From assembly GCA_041738235.1 (NCBI GenBank), contig JBGSQF010000018.1:1404-65403 (forward strand): a stretch of DNA of 64,000 nucleotides, read 5' to 3'. The notes beneath the pieces were generated by a model. It made no database searches, had not been told where the DNA came from, and was given only the letters and a program-made list of their open reading frames with translations. Numbering within the stretch: position 1 is the first letter of the stretch; each line of letters starts with the position of its first letter. Source of the DNA: Minisyncoccia bacterium (GTDB lineage Bacteria; Patescibacteriota; Minisyncoccia; Moranbacterales; GCA-2747515). Position numbers and translations under genes: made by a program. Positions 58,887 through 64,000 of this stretch are shown one piece after another.

Positions 58887-60434
58887 TTGGTTATGATATT
58901 TTGGATATTTTACTTTTTGGTTGTTGTGTATCTGCAAATATCGCAAATGATCAATGTGAGCACCTTTTTGAATTTGGCGCTCTGTATTTTTATTTTTTTT
59001 CCAATCTCAAGCTCGTGGCCACACGGGAAGGTCGTAAGGATCATAAGGAATATTCTTGGGTATGCCTTTGGGATAATGTTATTGTGGCACGAGTCTTACC
59101 TTCCTCCGGTGCAGACATTGTGGAATTTTTTTGTTCGCCCCGAATTGCGTCCGAGTATGAAGTTCGTTACCGACTTTATTTCTTCTCATTTTGATGTCAA
59201 ATTCTTTGCTATTGCCCTACTGCTCATTCCCATTGTCTACGTATTAACCTATACAAAGACACGAAAATACTCCGCAGTTTTTTTTATAGCGTGCTTGGTA
59301 ATTTTGTTTTTTGATCAAAAAGTGGTGATCAGAAGAGACCTCTCGAGAGATTTCTTTTTGCATGAATCTGGACGGTTAGTGGAGATGTCTCAAAGTCCTC
59401 AAAATAAGTTTGACGTTGTATTTTTGCAGATCTGTTCCTGGTCATGGGCAGACCTCGAATATATACACTTTAATACGCATCCACTTTTTGGACAGTTTGA
59501 TTATATCTTCACGAACTTTAATTCGGCTACATCCTACAGCGATCCGGCAGCACTTCGACTATTACAGGCGAACTGTGGTCAAAAAACTGAGGGAGAAATA
59601 TTCTCAGAAGTTCCAGAAAAGTGCTATCTTTTTGATAATTTGAAAAAACTAGGTTACTCCACGTATACAGCTATGAACCATGATGGGACGTATTCAGATT
59701 TTAAGGACAAAATTCACCAATTTGGTAAGGCAGATCTTCCTATTGGTATCGACAATCTAAAGCCGGTTGAGTTGAGTTTTGACGATTCTGCGATCTATAG
59801 GGATGGTGAGGTTTTGGATAACTGGCTTGAGCTTAGAAAAGGGAATTTTGATAAAGCGGCATTGTATTACAATAGCGTGACGTTGCACACTGGAGGGAGT
59901 TACATTGACAAACCAAAGGTGACTGAAGATGAACAATACGCTTTCGCATTCAACAACCTTGCAACTGATCTTGATGACTTTATTGGAAAAATAAAGAAAA
60001 CTAACAGAAATACGATCTTGGTGCTACTTGGAGAGCATGGCGCGGCTCTGCAGGGGTCTTCGGTAGAATACGCCACGGTCCGGGACGTTCCTCTTCCATC
60101 GATCACTCAGGTGCCAGTTGCTATAAAGCTGTTTGGTCCTAATTTTAACAAGCAAGACAATGGGCAGGATGTGACAATAGATAGTTCGACGAGTTATCTG
60201 GCTTTGGTTCAACTCTTGTCTAACCTGCTTGAAAAGAATCCCATTGACAGAACTGATCTACAGGATGCGAAAATTACTCAAGACCTACCAAGTACAGATT
60301 TTGTGTCTGAGACCGGAACGGGTTTAATTGTTCAAAATTCCAGTGGGTTATTCTACCGATCGAAGAACGACTCTGTTTGGAATAAGTTGTCCGATTCACT
60401 AATCGTTAAACCTGCGGATGATCCCGTAAAATAA
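58887..60434 (+). CDS. polytopic membrane protein with C-terminal alkaline-phosphatase-superfamily-like domain (tentative)
   Basis: N-terminal TM helices. The C-terminal domain contains MNHDGTYSDF and VLLGEHGAAL, reminiscent of sulfatase/LtaS/BcsG-type metal-site motifs. Confidence 0.4.
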   Translation: MVMIFWIFYFLVVVYLQISQMINVSTFLNLALCIFIFFPISSSWPHGKVVRIIRNILGYAFGIMLLWHESYLPPVQTLWNFFVRPELRPSMKFVTDFISSHFDVKFFAIALLLIPIVYVLTYTKTRKYSAVFFIACLVILFFDQKVVIRRDLSRDFFLHESGRLVEMSQSPQNKFDVVFLQICSWSWADLEYIHFNTHPLFGQFDYIFTNFNSATSYSDPAALRLLQANCGQKTEGEIFSEVPEKCYLFDNLKKLGYSTYTAMNHDGTYSDFKDKIHQFGKADLPIGIDNLKPVELSFDDSAIYRDGEVLDNWLELRKGNFDKAALYYNSVTLHTGGSYIDKPKVTEDEQYAFAFNNLATDLDDFIGKIKKTNRNTILVLLGEHGAALQGSSVEYATVRDVPLPSITQVPVAIKLFGPNFNKQDNGQDVTIDSSTSYLALVQLLSNLLEKNPIDRTDLQDAKITQDLPSTDFVSETGTGLIVQNSSGLFYRSKNDSVWNKLSDSLIVKPADDPVK

Positions 60435-60610
60435 CCCAATATTGAGAAGTGCTTCAGTTATTTTGGTAAACAAAAGTATCGTTTTGTGAGAAAAGAAGGT
60501 CATTTTATGTAAGAGATCAACCTGTTCATGCGACACCTAGTGGGTTGATATGGCAACGCACCAACAGAGAGAGTAAAAATATTCGTTTAAAATAATAAAC
60601 AATCAAGTCT

Positions 60611-62371
60611 ATGGCAATTTTGATCCTTTTTGCGTTTGTCTCTGGCATGGTGACTATTTTTGCACCGTGTATTTGGCCTATATTGCCCATTGTGCTGTCA
60701 GTTGGTGCATCGGGAGGAGAGAGAAAACCGCTTGGTCTCGTAGTTGGTTTGTCGGTGAGTTTTATGTTGATCACTTTGGCACTTGCTTCTCTTGTAAGAG
60801 TGATTCCTTTTGATCCAGACGCTCTCCGTCTTTTGGCGGTGGTGGTTATTGGCTTTTTGGGACTTACGCTTATTATTCCGGCTCTCGGTGCACGACTTGA
60901 ATCTTTAGTGAGTCGTTTGGGCGGTCTTGGTGGGCGGTTTACAAGCAACACTGGATCGGGCTTTGGAAATGGATTCGTAACGGGTTTTGCATTGGGGGTT
61001 GTTTGGTCGCCTTGCGCGGGACCAATTCTCGCGACGGTGGCTACCTTGGCGGCTACACAATCGGTGAGCATCTCTGTGGTTTTGATCACGTTTGCTTTTG
61101 TTGTTGGAGTGGCGGTGCCACTTTTTGTGTTAGCTCTTTTGGGGCAAAAGGTTTTGACTAAGACAAGGGTTCTCTCCCCCTACAGCAGTAGCATTCAACG
61201 AGTATTTGGAGTGGTGATGATATTGGCTGCAGTTGCCATTTATACCGGATATGACAGAAAACTTCAGACACAACTGCTTGATATGTTTCCCAGTTATGGA
61301 AATTTCTTGAGCGGACTTGAAAAAAATGACACCATAAAACAAAAACTTAATGAGCTCAAAAATATTGATCCAGGAAACTCACTATTGGAATCGGGAGATT
61401 CGGCGCTTGGAACAAAAAGTGGTCTCAAAGTGTACGGTCAAGCTCCGGAGTTTTCTGGCATTGAGCATTGGTTGAATACTGATATAGCGCTCACAATGAA
61501 AGATCTTCGTGGTAAGGTGGTACTAGTTGATTTCTGGACATACTCTTGTATCAACTGTATTCGTACGCTTCCACATGTCACGAGTTGGTATGAAAAATAT
61601 AAGGATCAGGGATTCGTTGTTGTAGGGGTGCACACTCCGGAATTTGCTTTTGAGAAAAAAACCTCAAATGTAGAGGACGCGTTGAAACAGTACGGGATCA
61701 ATTATCCAGTAGCTCAAGATAATAACTATGTAACATGGCGAGCTTACAACAACCGCTATTGGCCAGCACATTATCTTATAGATGTGGATGGAAATATTCG
61801 AGAGTATCACTTTGGCGAGGGGAACTATGAAGAAACAGAGCAGGCTATTCGAAGTCTTCTTGAAGAGGCGGGTAGGTCGGTAGCAACTTACACACCAACG
61901 AGTGTTGCAACTGAGATACCAGGAAGAGACCAGACTCCAGAAACATATCTTGGGAGTGCACGCATGGAACGATTTGGATCACCCGAGAAGGTTACTGGCG
62001 AAATACAGGTATTTACTGCACCCGAGACCCTGAGGAGGGACTATTTTGCTTACACTGGAACCTGGAGGGTAGATTCCGAAAAGGCCCTTGCTGTGAGTGA
62101 TGCTGGACTGACACTTCATTTTCGTGGGAAAAAAGTATTCTTGGTTCTAGCCCCATCCGACAATACAATACAAGGCATTGCAAAGGTGTTTCTTGATGGG
62201 GTTTTGATAACGGACGAGTCTGCCGGGAGTGATGTGAAGGATGGGCAGGTGATCGTGGATAAGGACCGTCTGTACGAGCTGTTTGATGGGAAGGGAGTGT
62301 CGGGAGAGCATACACTGCGGATAGAATTTGAGTCATCGGGAACGGCAGCATACGCATTTACATTTTCTTGA
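60611..62371 (+). CDS. DsbD/CcdA-family thiol-disulfide transporter fused to thioredoxin-like (TlpA/redoxin) domain
   Basis: TM Cys motifs FAPCIWP and WSPCAGP. C-terminal WTYSCINCIRT is a CxxC thioredoxin motif. Confidence 0.7.
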   Translation: MAILILFAFVSGMVTIFAPCIWPILPIVLSVGASGGERKPLGLVVGLSVSFMLITLALASLVRVIPFDPDALRLLAVVVIGFLGLTLIIPALGARLESLVSRLGGLGGRFTSNTGSGFGNGFVTGFALGVVWSPCAGPILATVATLAATQSVSISVVLITFAFVVGVAVPLFVLALLGQKVLTKTRVLSPYSSSIQRVFGVVMILAAVAIYTGYDRKLQTQLLDMFPSYGNFLSGLEKNDTIKQKLNELKNIDPGNSLLESGDSALGTKSGLKVYGQAPEFSGIEHWLNTDIALTMKDLRGKVVLVDFWTYSCINCIRTLPHVTSWYEKYKDQGFVVVGVHTPEFAFEKKTSNVEDALKQYGINYPVAQDNNYVTWRAYNNRYWPAHYLIDVDGNIREYHFGEGNYEETEQAIRSLLEEAGRSVATYTPTSVATEIPGRDQTPETYLGSARMERFGSPEKVTGEIQVFTAPETLRRDYFAYTGTWRVDSEKALAVSDAGLTLHFRGKKVFLVLAPSDNTIQGIAKVFLDGVLITDESAGSDVKDGQVIVDKDRLYELFDGKGVSGEHTLRIEFESSGTAAYAFTFS

Positions 62372-62453
62372 TCAGAGAGGAGAAAGTTTTTGGTAATTGA
62401 AAAGGAAAAGGACTCCGGCATATACCGAAGTCCTTTCGCGTTGGGACATGCGG

Positions 62454-63296
62454 TCAGATCGTGGCTGACTCGTATGATCCTAATACAAGCGTTCTGAGAC
62501 TGACGGCCTTCACCCTCGCAATGGCCGTTTGGATGTTTCTGGTGCGCATATTTCCGTCGATATCGACGAAGAAGGCGTACAACCCCAAATTTTCCCCCGT
62601 TGGGAATGAGCTGATCTTGCTGAGCCCAATGCCGAGGGCGCCAAAGGGCGCAAGGGTTTGCATGAGCGCTCCCGGCTCGTTCCTCACCACGCAGAGGATC
62701 GTTGTTTTGGCGGTGGTAGTGATCGGTGGCGCGGTTTTTTTGTTTTTGCTGACCACCAAAAATCGAGTGCTATTGGTTTCGTTGTTTTGTACGCCGGTCC
62801 TGACGATCGGGACGCCACTTGCGGAAGCTGCGTACTCGGATCCAATGGCTGCAACTCTTGCATCCCGATCTTCAATAACTCGGGAAAATCCGGCGCTGGT
62901 GCTGTCGACGGCCACTTGGCGAACATGGAGTCTTTCAAGGAGCATGCTGCATTGAGCAAGGGCTTGAGGGTGAGAGTAGACCGTCTCTATCTCATCAATA
63001 TCCCAGAAGCCTGCCAGAACATGCTTGACCGGAACTACCAGCTCACCCTGAGCAAAGACCTTTCTACCGAGGAGGAGGGATTGGACCAGGTAGGTCATAG
63101 TACCTCCCACATCTCCCTCTGTACTGTTTTCTATGGGGAGAAGTCCGAGAGTTATCTCTTTACCAATCGCGTTTGCGACGGCGGGGATCGTGGGGAACTC
63201 AATGATCTCTCCGATGTCACTGAGTCGTTTCTCATAGGACATAGCGGCTAGATGGGAGTAACTTCCCTTGGGGCCAAGAAATCCGAGATTTTGCAT
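62454..63296 (-). CDS. pheA: prephenate dehydratase
   Basis: FLGPKGSYSHLAA N-terminus and TNSTRFLVV (TRF motif). The C-terminus is ACT-like. Confidence 0.7.
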   Translation of the reverse strand: MQNLGFLGPKGSYSHLAAMSYEKRLSDIGEIIEFPTIPAVANAIGKEITLGLLPIENSTEGDVGGTMTYLVQSLLLGRKVFAQGELVVPVKHVLAGFWDIDEIETVYSHPQALAQCSMLLERLHVRQVAVDSTSAGFSRVIEDRDARVAAIGSEYAASASGVPIVRTGVQNNETNSTRFLVVSKNKKTAPPITTTAKTTILCVVRNEPGALMQTLAPFGALGIGLSKISSFPTGENLGLYAFFVDIDGNMRTRNIQTAIARVKAVSLRTLVLGSYESATI

Positions 63297-63564
63297 AGTT
63301 CACCTATTTGGTTGGGAAGGAGCGAAAAAGAGTAACAAAAAAACCGCTTGATGACGGTATTGTTATTCTTTTGTTGATAGTACAATATGGCCGTCATCAA
63401 TTCGGTTGGAATACCCAAAAAAAGAATGTGATTGATGAATGACTTGCCATACGGCTAGGATAAAAGAGAAACCCTTTTGTGTCAACGGTGTATCGCTATA
63501 TTTTTGTGTTTATTATATAATGGACGATAGGTTTTTGACGGCGGATTTTATATTTAATTAAACA

Positions 63565-63999
63565 ATGACACCTAAAAATATGGAACGTCAGAGGGCAAAA
63601 CTCGAGTGGGATGAGAGATATAGTGTTGGGATACAAGTGATCGATAATCAACACAAAACGATGTTTTTAACCATTAACAAACTTATTGATGTCGTGGGCA
63701 ACGACCCTGATAAAGAGGAGCTAAAAGAAATAATACAATCCCTTCTAGAATATAAGAAACTTCACTTTACCACTGAGGAGAGATATTTTGAAAAAGCGCA
63801 CTACGCCGGTGCCCCAGAACATATCGAAGCGCATAAGAAATTTGGAGAAAGATTGGCGGAGATCCAGGAGAAATGCGGTGAAGATGTGATTATGTTGACA
63901 TTTGAGCTAGTTGACTTTCTTGAGGATTGGCTTATTGACCACCTTATGAATATGGATCAAAAGTACAAGGAACCATTGCGGGTAGCTGGGCTTAAATAA
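63565..63999 (+). CDS. hemerythrin-like metal-binding protein
   Basis: W..RYSVGIQVIDNQHK...LHFTTEERYF...HIEAHKKF matches the bacteriohemerythrin H/E ligand pattern. Confidence 0.6.
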   Translation: MTPKNMERQRAKLEWDERYSVGIQVIDNQHKTMFLTINKLIDVVGNDPDKEELKEIIQSLLEYKKLHFTTEERYFEKAHYAGAPEHIEAHKKFGERLAEIQEKCGEDVIMLTFELVDFLEDWLIDHLMNMDQKYKEPLRVAGLK

Positions 64000-64000
64000 A

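Noticed and set aside
1-64000. CRISPR array / rRNA genes
   Set aside because: No regularly spaced short direct repeats with unique spacers and no rRNA-like stretches were seen on either strand.

Overview
This 64-kb window looks like a small-genome bacterial chromosome carrying one integrated mobile element. The lineage is possibly Patescibacteria/CPR-like (inference only; nothing in the sequence tests it). By eye, coding density is high and host G+C is moderate.

Left arm (1-30.6 kb):
- Several large Thr/Gly/Asn-rich surface proteins.
- A Tat translocase locus: TatC, a secreted protein, TatA, then a small protein with an RRRTFLK motif.
- A tandemly duplicated three-gene cassette. Each copy has a ~630-650 aa 'MATRLKT...' protein, a ~53 aa ORF that is absent from the ORF track, and a membrane-anchored protein.
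- A 1012-aa type IV pilus/T2SS ATPase with two complete PilB/GspE ATPase units fused in one ORF.
- Pyruvate kinase, tRNA-Ser(GGA), and a 957-aa CARDB-repeat surface protein.
- The dnaG-rpoD pair (rpoD has a ~120-aa polylysine N-terminus), followed by tRNA-Asn(GTT).

Integrated element (30640..50191, ~19.4 kb), inserted immediately 3' of tRNA-Asn and bounded by perfect 117-bp direct repeats:
- A large serine recombinase whose stop codon lies inside the att-like core.
- A TOPRIM primase with a P-loop NTPase domain.
- An excisionase-family HTH protein.
- A Type III restriction-modification system (Mod and Res) with an AlbA_2/HATPase_c_4 gene inserted between them.
- A NUDIX protein.
- A sulfotransferase / kinase-like / SAM-methyltransferase operon facing an Hsp70/actin-fold ATPase.

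Right arm (50.2-64 kb) carries ordinary housekeeping and envelope genes:
- NUDIX, a YeaQ/YmgE membrane protein, an alpha/beta hydrolase, a P-type ATPase and an alkaline-phosphatase-superfamily membrane protein.
- A DsbD/CcdA-thioredoxin fusion, prephenate dehydratase and a hemerythrin-like protein.

No CRISPR array or rRNA was seen. Several intrinsic terminators and one inverted-repeat-closed candidate ncRNA are listed. The candidates I would prioritise are the duplicated surface cassette with its small ORFs, the fused double PilB, and the island's sulfotransferase/kinase/MTase cargo.
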